Shown in pieces: positions 21,786 through 32,565 of a DNA stretch of 64,000 nucleotides (the first letter of the stretch is position 1; each line of letters opens with the position of its first letter). The stretch is taken from NCBI GenBank assembly GCA_965222225.1, contig CBDCTK010000002.1:4576001-4640000 (forward strand), read 5' to 3'. Position numbers and translations under genes: made by a program. The notes under the pieces are model-generated. The model was not told the origin of the DNA. It was given only the letters and a program-made list of their open reading frames with translations, and searched no databases. This DNA is from Candidatus Poribacteria bacterium. Lineage in GTDB: Bacteria > Poribacteria > WGA-4E > JAJDTR01.

Positions 21786-22588
21786 CTAAAAGCGGCTTTC
21801 GATTTCTCCCCATAGATGATTGGCGCGGTATCTAAATCATCTATGTAACCCGCTAATCCTTCCCGCTTGCCGTCAATAGGCCGGCTTCGGTCTGCACGGA
21901 GATGAATGGCTAGGCTTTGACGCGGTGCACTCGACAGGTTGAAATTGCTTCCGTGCAAAACTCTTTTGTCGTGAAGGCTCATTCCGCCGGAGTCCATTAG
22001 AGCTGAAATCTCCTTCCACTTCCGATTGGGTGATAGGGCAAAGACTTCTTCAGAAATGTCCTGACTGTAGAAGTCGCCGCCGGTAATTTCCTTCCAGCGA
22101 TGCGAACCTGCCACGAATTTCATGGGACCTGATGATGCCTCCACATCACTTAACGCGACCCACGCCGTGAGTAGCTGACTCCCGTCTTCCCAAGTTCTAC
22201 CCCAATACTGCCAATCCGTGTGCCATCCAATCTTGGTTGGGGTAGGCTGTTTATCGGACGCTGGCGGTTTGTAGAGCAGTTGTACCCACCACACCTGAAT
22301 CATCTCGGCACCCGTTACGTGGGCAGCCCATTCGCCAATTTCGGGAGACCGAATAAGTTCCCCAATTGCTTTGTTGCCAAGTTGCGGCTGTTCAATTTTG
22401 CAGAGACGATCTGGGGCATCACCGGGTGCCCACGGGGACTTCGCCGGAGGCGTTCCCGTATCATAAACCCCTTCGCGAATCATGTCCAGGCCTTCACTAG
22501 CTTTCCGAACGCTTTCCAGATTTATGAGGGGCTCTTTGAAGACGCAAAAACCGTTCTCGGCGAATGAATTCTTGATGTCCAATGGCAT
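21782..22588 (-). CDS. PhyH family dioxygenase
   Basis: GWHTD, TAWVALSD, AGSH, VLHGS. Confidence 0.9.
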   Translation of the reverse strand: MPLDIKNSFAENGFCVFKEPLINLESVRKASEGLDMIREGVYDTGTPPAKSPWAPGDAPDRLCKIEQPQLGNKAIGELIRSPEIGEWAAHVTGAEMIQVWWVQLLYKPPASDKQPTPTKIGWHTDWQYWGRTWEDGSQLLTAWVALSDVEASSGPMKFVAGSHRWKEITGGDFYSQDISEEVFALSPNRKWKEISALMDSGGMSLHDKRVLHGSNFNLSSAPRQSLAIHLRADRSRPIDGKREGLAGYIDDLDTAPIIYGEKSKAAFS

Positions 22589-22649
22589 TGTTGCGCTCCC
22601 TGTCCTACGAGGGTGAGTCTATCAGCATACAAACACACTTGGTGATCTA

Positions 22650-23342
22650 TCAAACGTTGAACCGTATATCAAGAATAGTGTTTTCCGGGATAATGTAGTC
22701 GCGATCGACCAGCTTCGTCAGATCCTTTGACCGGGCGTCCTGCAGGCTGTGCGCGGTAAGCATGTTGTTGCAACTGATGAGTTCTGCCTTGATGAACCCT
22801 CGGGCGAGATCAGAATGGATCTGGCCCGCGCACGTCACGGCATCTGCGCCTTTCTCCACTAGCCAGGCGTGAACCTCCTGTTTGCCGACGGTATAAAAAA
22901 ACATTACGCCTGCTTGCTCCATGATAGCACAGCATACACGAGTCGCATCCAGCGATATGTCCTCAAAAACGACTGTAGGCTTGCGACTCAATAGACCGAA
23001 TGCGTTGACAATCGACGCTTCACTATCGCTTATAGGCAAATCACAGAGCAGTTTTTCATCCTCAAGATGCGCTAAGCATTTTTCTAGCACTGCCATCTCG
23101 ATCGCATCCTCAACCCTAGTCAGTCGGCTTTCAATCTTTTCCATATCAAGAATCAGCAGATCCAAAAGACTGTTGTCTGCTATGGCTATAGCGTGCGCCG
23201 CCTCGTAGTCATCGAATAGGAACTCGAAATAGTACGGTGAGGATTTGGCCGGTTTAAACTTGTCGACGAGCCCCATGAAAATCTGGTCATTGTATCTCAC
23301 CTTGCCCTGTAGAACATCTAACCCGGAATATGCTATTTTCAC
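22650..23342 (-). CDS. Short YchF/DUF933-domain protein lacking the P-loop
   Basis: FFYTVGKQEVHAW, AGQIHSDLARGFIKAE, DYII...IRFNV are YchF C-terminal motifs; no GxPNxGKST. Confidence 0.8.
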   Translation of the reverse strand: MKIAYSGLDVLQGKVRYNDQIFMGLVDKFKPAKSSPYYFEFLFDDYEAAHAIAIADNSLLDLLILDMEKIESRLTRVEDAIEMAVLEKCLAHLEDEKLLCDLPISDSEASIVNAFGLLSRKPTVVFEDISLDATRVCCAIMEQAGVMFFYTVGKQEVHAWLVEKGADAVTCAGQIHSDLARGFIKAELISCNNMLTAHSLQDARSKDLTKLVDRDYIIPENTILDIRFNV

Positions 23343-23406
23343 TCTGTCTGGAAACCTTTCGCATGATTGAGAACGAGCCTACAACCCGTCCTCGTTAATA
23401 TGCAAT

Positions 23407-26400
23407 CTAGTCGTCTGCGCTTATCTCTGCTCCTACCGGCAGATCCTCCATTACAGGACTTTGGACGGGAGAACGAATTCTTGCAAACAACGCGTTTATA
23501 TCCGTTGTAATCGCGTATAGCGCCGGCATAACAAAGAGTGTCAACAGCGTCGCAAACGTCAGTCCGAAGATGATCGTGCTAGCCAACGGCATCCAGATCG
23601 GCGATTTTCCGCCCAACCCGACCGCCATCGGAATCAATCCGCAGACCGTTGTAATGGTTGTCAACAGAATCGGACGTAATCGGACGCCAGCACCTCTAAG
23701 AATCGCGCGCCACCGACTGCTTCCATTTCTGCGATAGCGGTTAATGAAGTCGATTAGCACAATCGAGTCATTAACCACAATTCCGGCGAGCGCTACAATG
23801 CCAAACATGGCTATCATGCTTAACGTCGCGCCTACAGCCAAGAGTCCAATCATCGCGCCGATGATTCCGAATGGCACCGCCAGGAGAATAATTACGGGTT
23901 GAAGGAAGGACTTAAACTGAGTCGCCAAGATAACATAAATCAAGAAAACACCAATCACAAATAGCTGAACCAGATCGGCAAAGGATTCCTGAATCTGATC
24001 GAATTCACCTCGGAAGTCCAGGCGGTATCCGGGAAACATAGTCTCTATGCCCGCGAATGTCTCAATTAGCGCTTGATTTACTTCAACAGCTGTAGTCTTG
24101 TCAGAATCTACGGAAGCATTTACCGTAATCGCCCGATCTCCGTCAAAGCGGCGAACCTCGACATATCCCCTTTCCTCTTGCACATCGGCGATGTCTCTCA
24201 ACGGAACAATTTCTCCCGCCGGCGTAGATATTAGGAGCTCCTCAAGGTCTGAGATTGTCTGAAGAGCGGCTTCGCTATATTTGACGATCACATCTACGGC
24301 CTCGTCGGCATCACGATAGGTGGTAGTAATATTGCCTTCGACTGCATTGCGAACATTGTAGGCTATTTGAAAGACATTTAACCCAAATTGATGCGCCTTT
24401 TCCTGCTTCACGTGCACTCGGAGTTCGGACTTCCCGACGAGAAAATCATCCTGAATTGCATAGACGCCTTCCATCTGACGCAATTCCGCTTTAAGCAGGT
24501 CGGCAATCCGATTTAATTCACGGAAATCCGGTCCCTTGATTTTCACATCAACGTCGGCTCCCTGGGGCGGTCCTCCTTGCAGTTTATCAATGGTAAGTTT
24601 TTCGATGCCGCTGATTTTCGCAACCTGCGGACGAAGGTCGTTCACAATATCATCTACACTGCGTTTGCGCTGATCTTTCGGAACAAGTTCAACCAGCACT
24701 TCGCCTACATTCGATCGCAATGTTGTACTGCCCAATATACCGGATGTTGGGGTGTGTAATCCGAGGTTGCTTACAATGGCGACCCGTTCGGCAGCCGGGA
24801 TAGACGCGGCGACCTTCTCAAGTTGAGAAATCACCACGCTAGTCTCTTTCATCCCAAACGAAGGAGGCATTTCGGCTTTCAGATAGAATTGGGGAAAGTC
24901 TTCTCCGGGAAACAACTCCTTATCAAGTGCCATGAACGCAGCGGCACAAACCACCACGCCCGTAGCCAATACTCCGATCACCACGGCATACCGCCATCGC
25001 ACGGTGAATTTCAAAACCGCTACGTAACGCTTCTTTATCGGATTAAACCAGTTGTTACGACGGGTATTTTTATTCGATGCCTTTCCCCACTCGGCAACGT
25101 GGGCGGGAAGAATCATAAAGACTTCAAGCAATGATGCTACTAGCACCAAAATGGCAACAATAGGCACAACACGCATAAATTGACCGGGTATACCCGACAT
25201 GAACATCAGCGGCCCAAACGCCGCAACCGTGGTCAAACTTGCAGCAAGAACGGGAGCTCCTACCTGTTCGGCGCCAACGACGGCAGCTTCGCGCGGCGAT
25301 TTTCCTCGCTGAATGTGTCGATAGATATTTTCAATCACCACAATAGCATCATCTACGACAATACCTACGACGAGTATCAAGCCAAATAAAGCGACACCGC
25401 TGAGCACGATCCCCGTCAAGTGCATGAAAAGGAAGGTCGCCATGAATGCAACCGGGATGCCAAGTGCAGCAAAGAGCGCGTTACGAAAGCCCAAGAATAC
25501 GAACAACAGAATAACTACAAGAAAGAGCCCGAAGAAAGCATTGGTTTCGAGGATACCAAACCGTTCCCTCAGAATAACGGAGTAATCATTTACTATTGAA
25601 ATCTTTGCATCCTCCGGCGCAACCAATTTGTAATCTTCAACGAGTTCGCGAATTTGCTCAACCAACTTGATGGTATTTGTTTCTGTCTTGCGTTGAATTG
25701 TCAAACTGATGGAGGGCGTGCCGTGAATACGTGACAACGTGCGTGGCTTCTCGTAGGTATCGGAGACGGTTGCAATATCGCTCAATCGTAATGAGGTGCC
25801 CGTACCTCGCGATCGGATTATCGTGTCTTGAATCTCATCAATACTCCGAAATTCGCCCAAGGTGCGAACAAGGTATTCAGATACGCCAACTTCCAGCGTT
25901 CCCGCAGGCAGGTTGAGGTTGTGGTACCTCAACGCATTTATCACCTCGGTGATAGGAAGCTGATATGCCCGCAGCTTGTTCGGATCGACTTCAATCCAAA
26001 TCTCTCTTTCGCGCACTCCTGCCAAGCGTACAGATCCGACACCCTTGATGTCAAGAATCTCGTCCCTGAGATTCTCGGCGATAGCCTTCATCTGCGGCTC
26101 CGAGATGGATCCTCCAACGACGAGTGTTAGCACGGGAAAATTTGATTCCATGTCGAATTCCACAACTTCCGGCTCATTCAAAATCTCGTTCGGGAGATCG
26201 TTCACGCGTTCCACTGCGGAGCGCAAGTTTTGGAGTTGCTTGCTGTATTCCCTATCGCTAATCTCTTCGAACTGAAGCGCAATTGTAGATATCCCTTCTG
26301 AAGATGTCGAAAGCATCAGATCAATCTTGTTGACCTCGTCTTCGATAGCTTCCTCAATTGGGACCGTTACCAATTTCTCAACCTCTTCGGGAGACGCGCC

Positions 26401-26556
26401 GGGGTAGATGGTTGTAATCGTGGCTGATTGTACCATAATATCGGGGCTTAGCGCCCTTGGGAGCACGAACCACGCGATCGTACCGAACACGATGATTATA
26501 ATCATCAGTAGGTTTGCAAAGACCGGATTACTTACAGAAAGTTTCGGGAGGGACAT
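23407..26556 (-). CDS. RND efflux permease, AcrB/AcrD/AcrF family
   Basis: 1049 aa; GIVVDDAIVVIEN, GIVVNDSIVLID, RLRPILLTT. Confidence 0.95.
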   Translation of the reverse strand: MSLPKLSVSNPVFANLLMIIIIVFGTIAWFVLPRALSPDIMVQSATITTIYPGASPEEVEKLVTVPIEEAIEDEVNKIDLMLSTSSEGISTIALQFEEISDREYSKQLQNLRSAVERVNDLPNEILNEPEVVEFDMESNFPVLTLVVGGSISEPQMKAIAENLRDEILDIKGVGSVRLAGVREREIWIEVDPNKLRAYQLPITEVINALRYHNLNLPAGTLEVGVSEYLVRTLGEFRSIDEIQDTIIRSRGTGTSLRLSDIATVSDTYEKPRTLSRIHGTPSISLTIQRKTETNTIKLVEQIRELVEDYKLVAPEDAKISIVNDYSVILRERFGILETNAFFGLFLVVILLFVFLGFRNALFAALGIPVAFMATFLFMHLTGIVLSGVALFGLILVVGIVVDDAIVVIENIYRHIQRGKSPREAAVVGAEQVGAPVLAASLTTVAAFGPLMFMSGIPGQFMRVVPIVAILVLVASLLEVFMILPAHVAEWGKASNKNTRRNNWFNPIKKRYVAVLKFTVRWRYAVVIGVLATGVVVCAAAFMALDKELFPGEDFPQFYLKAEMPPSFGMKETSVVISQLEKVAASIPAAERVAIVSNLGLHTPTSGILGSTTLRSNVGEVLVELVPKDQRKRSVDDIVNDLRPQVAKISGIEKLTIDKLQGGPPQGADVDVKIKGPDFRELNRIADLLKAELRQMEGVYAIQDDFLVGKSELRVHVKQEKAHQFGLNVFQIAYNVRNAVEGNITTTYRDADEAVDVIVKYSEAALQTISDLEELLISTPAGEIVPLRDIADVQEERGYVEVRRFDGDRAITVNASVDSDKTTAVEVNQALIETFAGIETMFPGYRLDFRGEFDQIQESFADLVQLFVIGVFLIYVILATQFKSFLQPVIILLAVPFGIIGAMIGLLAVGATLSMIAMFGIVALAGIVVNDSIVLIDFINRYRRNGSSRWRAILRGAGVRLRPILLTTITTVCGLIPMAVGLGGKSPIWMPLASTIIFGLTFATLLTLFVMPALYAITTDINALFARIRSPVQSPVMEDLPVGAEISADD

Positions 26557-26894
26557 TTTGGCTTTTCCTTACGTGCGGATTCTTGAGCAAATGGCGTAAA
26601 GGTGCTTCTAGCGTGAGGGAGATTGCTCCGAATTTCACTTACCCGAAGATTATCCGCATATTAGAATTATAGCAACTAGGTCACCATTTTAACAATGCAA
26701 AATCCGATGAATATCAGGTGCGATTGGCTTTTTCTTTCACGAGTCACTCTACCAAACTGACTCCGAAATATGTTATCATTTTGGTTGTCCCGCGGATGTC
26801 AACCGGCGTCAGTTAAGTTGCCGATACACATGAGTTCGACCTTCTTTGAGTCGCACCATCCCCACGCTAAAGTCTAGAGATGAGGTGAATACCA

Positions 26895-29603
26895 ATGTCG
26901 ACACGATGGCCCTACAAATTCCACATTGTTGTGGTGTTACTGCTGCTCAGTGGATGCGCAATTTTTAGACCGCAGCAAGGAACGGAAAAAGAGATTGTCG
27001 ATCCCTTGATTGAACGCCACGAGCAGTGGAAAAAGCAGATTGACCGAGGGAATTGGGCATTTCAAAACGGCGATTTTGGGACGGCAATCACGGCATACGA
27101 GGCGGCGCTCGCGATTAAACCGACATCAAGCGAGGTTCAGCGCAAAATCGGCGAAATTCACTTTCAACAGCAGCACTATGAAAAAACTGCCGCCGCCTTC
27201 GCCGCGTATCTGAAACTGAAGCCGGGAGACACCATCGTACGGAACTATCTTGGGTACACTTATGAAGAACTGAATGACTACGACTCGGCGGCTCAAGAAT
27301 ATGAAGGTACGTTGAAATACGACCCCGTGGATTTGTACGCTTTGAACCACCTCGGTTTGGCGTACAAGCAGACAGGGCATCTTGATGAGGCCGAACGTAC
27401 ACTGCGGAAGGTCTTGGAGCTTGATCCTAAATGCCAGAGGAATGAGAGCGAAAACTTGCATAACTATTTGGGGGCGATTCACCTGGAACGAGAAGAGATT
27501 GGTGATGCTATTGCCGAGTTCCGTGAATCTGCTCGGCTTTTTCCGAATGCCGTTTGGCCGCGTCAGCAACTAGCCGTGCTGTATGAGTCGCGCGGGCATT
27601 ACTACCAGGCACAACTCCAGTATCAGAAAATCTTGGCGATTGACCCAGATAACCTGCTGGCTCCGACGCGTCTCCAAGCGCTGTCGCAACTGAATACGAG
27701 TGCGTCAGTTTCGCCAGAGGTAGCCCCGGTGAATATCGTAGACATCGATTCCGAAAGCATCATCGCGGAAGCATCCAAACGGGACCGTTATCTCGACGCC
27801 GATGTGATAATTCTGCTGAATCAGTTCAGCCATGACATCTCCCCCACCGGGCAGTCGAGATACACGACGCATCAGATTGTAAAACTTTTGACACAGCGTG
27901 GTATTGAGAAATACGACGACATCGCTATTCCCTACCAACCAAATGCGCAAAATCTCAACGTCAACATTGCACGTACAATCACCCCCGACGGAACAATTGT
28001 TCAGCCTTCCGACGAAGGTTATAATGAAGTCACGCCGCCCGGACTCTTGTCATATAATATCTATTCGGATGTTCTATGGAAGGTCATCTCCATGCCTGCG
28101 CTATCGCCGGGGGCAATAATTGAATATCAAGTGACGTTTCAAGATATCGCAAGTGAATCCGTCGGGAAACAAACGTGGTTTTGGGGAGGGTTCAACTTTC
28201 AATCGACCGTTCCGACCTTGGAAGCGCGTTATGCCCTGCGCCTCCCCGATGATTTGAAATTTCGGTGGAAAACGCACAATTGCGAACTTACGCCGCAGGT
28301 ACAACAAGCATCTGAAACAACCACGTATTTGTGGTCGGCAACCGATGTGCCGCCGATTGATGAGGAAACAGGAATGCCCGCTGTCAACGATGTGGCGATG
28401 CGGCTAAGCTATTCGTCATTGGAATCGTGGGACGAGGTCTACACTTGGTATAAAGATCTTGCGAAAAATCGATACCACGCGGATCATGCCATCCAATCAG
28501 TAGTCGATCAACTGACTGTGAACATTCCGAAAACGGAAGACAAAATTCGTGAAATCTACAACTTTGTGGCATCCAAGATTCGTTACGTCGGGATTGAACT
28601 CGGTCAAAGCGCTTATCAACCTTCTCCCGCCTCGGACGTCATGAATAACTTGTATGGCGACTGCAAGGACAAGACAACACTGCTAATAACAATGCTCGAT
28701 CTCGTTAGCGTCAAAGCTTTTCCGGTATTGCTCAACCCTTCGCCTCATGACCGGATCGATACCGACCTTCCATCTCTCGGACAGTTTAGTCATATGATAG
28801 CTGCGGTTCCCAATTCTAACGGGGATTATATATGGCTAGATGCGACATCCAACACCTGCAGCTTTGGAGACCTTCCGGACGTTAATCAGGGACGCAAAGG
28901 ATTTCTAATCGGTGATGAATCCGGGAAATTCATAGACATTCCGATTATTCCGGCAGAAGCCAATCAATTAATCCTCAAGACCGACATGCAATTGGACGAA
29001 GAGGGCGCGGTTCATGGGGAGATTACCATGCGGACGAGGGGACAGTACAACCTTGATTCGCGGTTGAGGTACCGACAATTGAGGCCGAATGATTGGAAAG
29101 ATACCCTTGCTGTCGAACTAAGCCACCAATTTCCGGGGATCCATGTGGATTGGGTAACGTCCTCCAATTTGGGCAACCTTGACAATCCGGTCGAGATGAG
29201 AGTTGGTTTCCGTGTTGACGATTACGCGCAATCCATTGATGGGCGGGTGTTATTGCCTCTCCCGATTGATGAGTTCGGGGATTATGCCGAACTCTTCGCG
29301 GCAACGACGCGAAAGTATGCACTTAATCTCGGCTACCCGATGCAAGTGAAAAAAGAGATTTCAATTGAACTACCGGATGGCTGGATGGCGATACTACCCG
29401 ACGAACTTACCATGGAGTCCAGTGTTGCAACCGTGAATCGTCAATTCAGTGGAGATGGAAATTTCATTCGTTATGAACTCAGTTTTACACTTAATCAATC
29501 AGTGATTTCGCCCGAGGGATATTTTGCAGCCAAGCAGTTTTTTGACACGCTTGCGAGAGAGGATGGCAGCCACCTAATTCTTGAGCGCCTGCAAGGGAGT
29601 TAA
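26895..29603 (+). CDS. Lipoprotein with TPR repeats, DUF3857 and transglutaminase-like domains
   Basis: LSGC lipobox; TPR repeats; YGDCKDK (Cys), FSHMI (His), WLDAT (Asp) triad. Confidence 0.9.
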   Translation: MSTRWPYKFHIVVVLLLLSGCAIFRPQQGTEKEIVDPLIERHEQWKKQIDRGNWAFQNGDFGTAITAYEAALAIKPTSSEVQRKIGEIHFQQQHYEKTAAAFAAYLKLKPGDTIVRNYLGYTYEELNDYDSAAQEYEGTLKYDPVDLYALNHLGLAYKQTGHLDEAERTLRKVLELDPKCQRNESENLHNYLGAIHLEREEIGDAIAEFRESARLFPNAVWPRQQLAVLYESRGHYYQAQLQYQKILAIDPDNLLAPTRLQALSQLNTSASVSPEVAPVNIVDIDSESIIAEASKRDRYLDADVIILLNQFSHDISPTGQSRYTTHQIVKLLTQRGIEKYDDIAIPYQPNAQNLNVNIARTITPDGTIVQPSDEGYNEVTPPGLLSYNIYSDVLWKVISMPALSPGAIIEYQVTFQDIASESVGKQTWFWGGFNFQSTVPTLEARYALRLPDDLKFRWKTHNCELTPQVQQASETTTYLWSATDVPPIDEETGMPAVNDVAMRLSYSSLESWDEVYTWYKDLAKNRYHADHAIQSVVDQLTVNIPKTEDKIREIYNFVASKIRYVGIELGQSAYQPSPASDVMNNLYGDCKDKTTLLITMLDLVSVKAFPVLLNPSPHDRIDTDLPSLGQFSHMIAAVPNSNGDYIWLDATSNTCSFGDLPDVNQGRKGFLIGDESGKFIDIPIIPAEANQLILKTDMQLDEEGAVHGEITMRTRGQYNLDSRLRYRQLRPNDWKDTLAVELSHQFPGIHVDWVTSSNLGNLDNPVEMRVGFRVDDYAQSIDGRVLLPLPIDEFGDYAELFAATTRKYALNLGYPMQVKKEISIELPDGWMAILPDELTMESSVATVNRQFSGDGNFIRYELSFTLNQSVISPEGYFAAKQFFDTLAREDGSHLILERLQGS

Positions 29604-29659
29604 GAGCCGGTATGAATAATAAGTGGCAAAGCCGTTTTTGGGCATTTGAGTTGCTATTG

Positions 29660-29735
29660 CCTGTCGCCCCGCTGGGACTTTTGATGCGTAGTGAATCGGC
29701 GTTTCTACACACCTATCGCCCCGCTGGGGCTTTCA
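29660..29735. repeat. Paired REP-like repeat (TCGCCCCGCTGGG x2)
   Basis: CCTGTCGCCCCGCTGGGACTTT and CCTATCGCCCCGCTGGGGCTTT. Confidence 0.65.
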
Positions 29736-29855
29736 AAGGTTGGTGTGCAGTGCGCACTCTACAAAAGTCGCGAGCTGGAGGAGAGAAGAAATCGACGATT
29801 TGATGATTGCCGATCCTTGAAAATCAGGTGAGATTGTCCTTCAGAAATACTAGGC

Positions 29856-29884
29856 TTGCATTTTTGATTTGAATCGGGTATAAT
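29856..29884 (+). promoter_or_regulatory. Sigma-70 promoter of cold-shock gene
   Basis: TTGCAT-17 nt-TATAAT, about 160 nt upstream of the ATG. Confidence 0.75.
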
Positions 29885-30048
29885 AATATTTTAGTGCAAC
29901 TGCAGCATGGATTTAGCAAGTTCTGTAAGTAGTGTTAGGTTCAAAACTGAAGCATTTTCCCGGCATGGTGTCATTTTGTACCTCTCAGCTTTTCAGGCTT
30001 CACGAGACATTTGCAGGTTGTAGATTCAATCAAAGGAGGTGCAATTCA

Positions 30049-30258
30049 ATGGCGCAAGGTAAAGTAAAATGGTTTAGCGACCAGAAGGGCTATGGATTTA
30101 TTACCACGGATGAAGGTGAAGATGTCTTTGTGCATTATTCCAACATCGGTGGGGATGGTTTCAAGAGCCTTGATGAAGACGACCAAGTTGAGTTTAACAT
30201 GGTTCAAGGGCCCAAAGGCTTTCAGGCTGAGGAAGTAAAGAAGGTTTCGGCTTGGTAA
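30049..30258 (+). CDS. cspA: Cold-shock protein
   Basis: [25 protein letters not shown]; AGGAGG RBS. Confidence 0.95.
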   Translation: MAQGKVKWFSDQKGYGFITTDEGEDVFVHYSNIGGDGFKSLDEDDQVEFNMVQGPKGFQAEEVKKVSAW

Positions 30259-30280
30259 ATTAAACAAACACTGTCCGGGG

Positions 30281-30313
30281 AAAAAGGCTCTCAATCAATT
30301 GAGAGCCTTTTTT
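30281..30313. terminator. Bidirectional intrinsic terminator
   Basis: AAAAAGGCTCTCAAT-CA-ATTGAGAGCCTTTTTT. Confidence 0.9.
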
Positions 30314-30724
30314 GTGCCTGAGAGTCGAAGAGGATATCCGCCGAGACGCCGGTCATCTACAATTCTTCAGGGAAGGAAAGTGTGTACAGAATCTACAATT
30401 GCAGGACGTTCATCCGGGGATGCGCGAGGACGACCGTATTCAGCTCGACGCTTTTGATGACGCGATTATCACGGAAACAGATCGCGATTGGCTTCAGGAG
30501 ACAGCCTTAGACACATGGGTTTTGATGGAGGCATGCAACGAATCTGCTCAAACCCGGGAGCGGGTAGATGTTCAAGCGTTTCGGGCGAGGTTGATAGATT
30601 AAGGGATAGGATTGAGGAAGTTCGGATGGTTCTTATCATCCGGACGATAGGATTTAAGGTAACTTCAACTTAACATCCAAGAAGAGCAGGGAGCAGCCGG
30701 AACAAACTAGAGGAAAAGGCTGGT

Positions 30725-30800
30725 GGGATCTCTATCCGGATCTGTTCAGTCGTTTGATTGCAGGGGAATTCTATCGCCCTCCTTAATCAGTCGGTTGATC
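30725..30800 (-). repeat. Two hypervariable insertion units (copies D and E) inside one GTAG REP
   Basis: Minus strand GTAGGGTGC [GATCAA CC GA CT G ATT A AG GA GG GCGATAG AATTC CCC] TGC [AATCAA AC GA CT G AAC A GA TCCG GATAG AGAT CCC] ACC. Confidence 0.9.
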
Positions 30801-30825
30801 GCACCCTACAAAATAACAATCAGTT

Positions 30826-31416
30826 CTAATCGTGGCCGGCACTGGCACTGTAGATGTCAACATCTGAAACCTTGATGTAACTGCCGATTGCGGCTTCGTA
30901 TGTTCCTCCACTCCAGCGCGCCACGTTGATGACGTTTTCGTGTTCCTCGTCCTCAAAATTCCAGTAGTAAAACGGCTCGCTCTCGGAACCGTCATTTTCA
31001 TAAAATTGGCTTTCCCCGGACGCAGTGAAGTAGTAGATTACACCATCAAAGTCAAAGTTGCCAGTTTCCTCATCGTCAACGGCAGTTAAATCTTCGGGCG
31101 TTAAGCCAAGGGAGGCAAAAGGCATTTCTCGTGTGAGGCTCACGTTCAAACCTCCGCGATCTTGCCAGTCGAGCCAATACGTTCGCCCCTCATCGCCGGT
31201 CAACTTTAATTCAAACCACTCTCCGTCTTCTTCCGTATACCTGTCCCTTTGCTCTACGAGGTATTCGATTCCGTTGACAGCAAGGACTCCGCCCGGTTTC
31301 ACGTCATCCAGGGTTGGCGGCGATTCGACAAGATCAGATTCTTTTTTCCGTAAGAAAAGCACCCAAATAACAGCTATCACGACCAAGACGCCCGCAAGTA
31401 CGATTATTAGTTCCAC
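30826..31416 (-). CDS. Membrane-anchored DUF4178-like protein
   Basis: N-terminal TM; GEWFELKL, YWLDW, FYYWNF, ARWSGG..E...G pattern. Confidence 0.7.
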   Translation of the reverse strand: MELIIVLAGVLVVIAVIWVLFLRKKESDLVESPPTLDDVKPGGVLAVNGIEYLVEQRDRYTEEDGEWFELKLTGDEGRTYWLDWQDRGGLNVSLTREMPFASLGLTPEDLTAVDDEETGNFDFDGVIYYFTASGESQFYENDGSESEPFYYWNFEDEEHENVINVARWSGGTYEAAIGSYIKVSDVDIYSASAGHD

Positions 31417-31501
31417 AATCTGTTATTCCGTGTAGACAGTGCCCTGCCTTTGCTAAGCCCTTCCGTGTCGGATATAGACTTGCCGTATTCTCCGACCAGC
31501 G

Positions 31502-32554
31502 TCATTTTCCATATCCCCTACTGCCACCCCTGAACGAACCGCCACTTCGAGTAGAGGCTCGGGTTCTACCAAAACCGGAAGTCCGACTTCTACTAGAGGA
31601 GGTACTGGATCTGTTAACTGACGATCTCGTCGCAGAAGATCTACTGCTTCCAAATCCGCCCCTGCGAGAGGCGCCGCTCGTCCGCGCCGCCATGGCGCGC
31701 TTAGACTTCATCTGCGTGATAGATTTTGGCGCCTGAGTGCGGCTTTGTGCTTTGCTGCTTCTTGCCACATTGCTGGCTGGTCTGGTTGAGGCAGGAGATG
31801 TGTTGTAGCGTGTTACCGTGCGCGTCACGCTGCGGGTCGCCACCGGCATGTGCCTACCGCCGTAGAATCCTCCGTACCAACCACCACCGTACCAACCGCG
31901 CCCGTACCAGCCGTACGGCCGGAAAAGAATGTCGCGAAGAATCATATATTGGAAGTACGACGCCATCCAACTATGCCCCTGGGCGTGATAGGTGCTGTTG
32001 TGGTGAGGAGTCTGTCCCTCGTAGACGTACTTGTTCGATTCCGCGTTAATTGCCATTGACTGCGCCTTCTGATCGTAGGTCACCGAAAGTGCTACCAGTT
32101 CAATGCCGTCTTGTGCGATCTTATGCCAATCCGCATTCTTCTCCGGATCTGTGGGATGATTGCCGGGATCCGGAACACGGAGCGAGTAGACAGCCGCTTT
32201 GCCCTCCACCGATTCGGGAACTACAAGCAGCGGGTCGATTTTTCCATCCTCGTTGAGATCCACCCGATAATTCACCTCCGAGTCGTCCATGATTTTCTGG
32301 CTCAGTTTCTGGACAACCTTTTGCTGAAATTCTTTGGACTCGGGTTTTTTCGTGGGCGCAATTTCTTTAAAGACCTCCTTAAGCACATCCGGGAGGATTG
32401 CCGGGTTAAGTTTGTCGGTCAGGTCAATCTTCGCCGAGACCTGCGATCTGCCAACGCCGACCGGAACGTCCTTTGAACGATTATCGCAACCTGCCAAAGC
32501 CACTAACATGACACACAAGAGACAACCAATCAGCGCTGCGGAATTTTTTTGCAT
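31502..32554 (-). CDS. Lipoprotein with Tyr/Gly and Ser/Arg-rich disordered tail ending GGSRGYGK
   Basis: LAGC lipobox, VDLNEDGKID Ca-binding-like motif, low-complexity C-terminus. Confidence 0.75.
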   Translation of the reverse strand: MQKNSAALIGCLLCVMLVALAGCDNRSKDVPVGVGRSQVSAKIDLTDKLNPAILPDVLKEVFKEIAPTKKPESKEFQQKVVQKLSQKIMDDSEVNYRVDLNEDGKIDPLLVVPESVEGKAAVYSLRVPDPGNHPTDPEKNADWHKIAQDGIELVALSVTYDQKAQSMAINAESNKYVYEGQTPHHNSTYHAQGHSWMASYFQYMILRDILFRPYGWYGRGWYGGGWYGGFYGGRHMPVATRSVTRTVTRYNTSPASTRPASNVARSSKAQSRTQAPKSITQMKSKRAMAARTSGASRRGGFGSSRSSATRSSVNRSSTSSSRSRTSGFGRTRASTRSGGSFRGGSRGYGK

Positions 32555-32565
32555 TAGATTCTCCT

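Noticed and set aside
30292-30302. CAATCAATTGA matches part of the predicted template
   Set aside because: Only 11 nt, and fully explained by the stem-loop of the cspA terminator.
30312-30602. Small ORF after the cspA terminator
   Set aside because: Start lies in the terminator U-tract and there is no recognisable family; at most a gene remnant.
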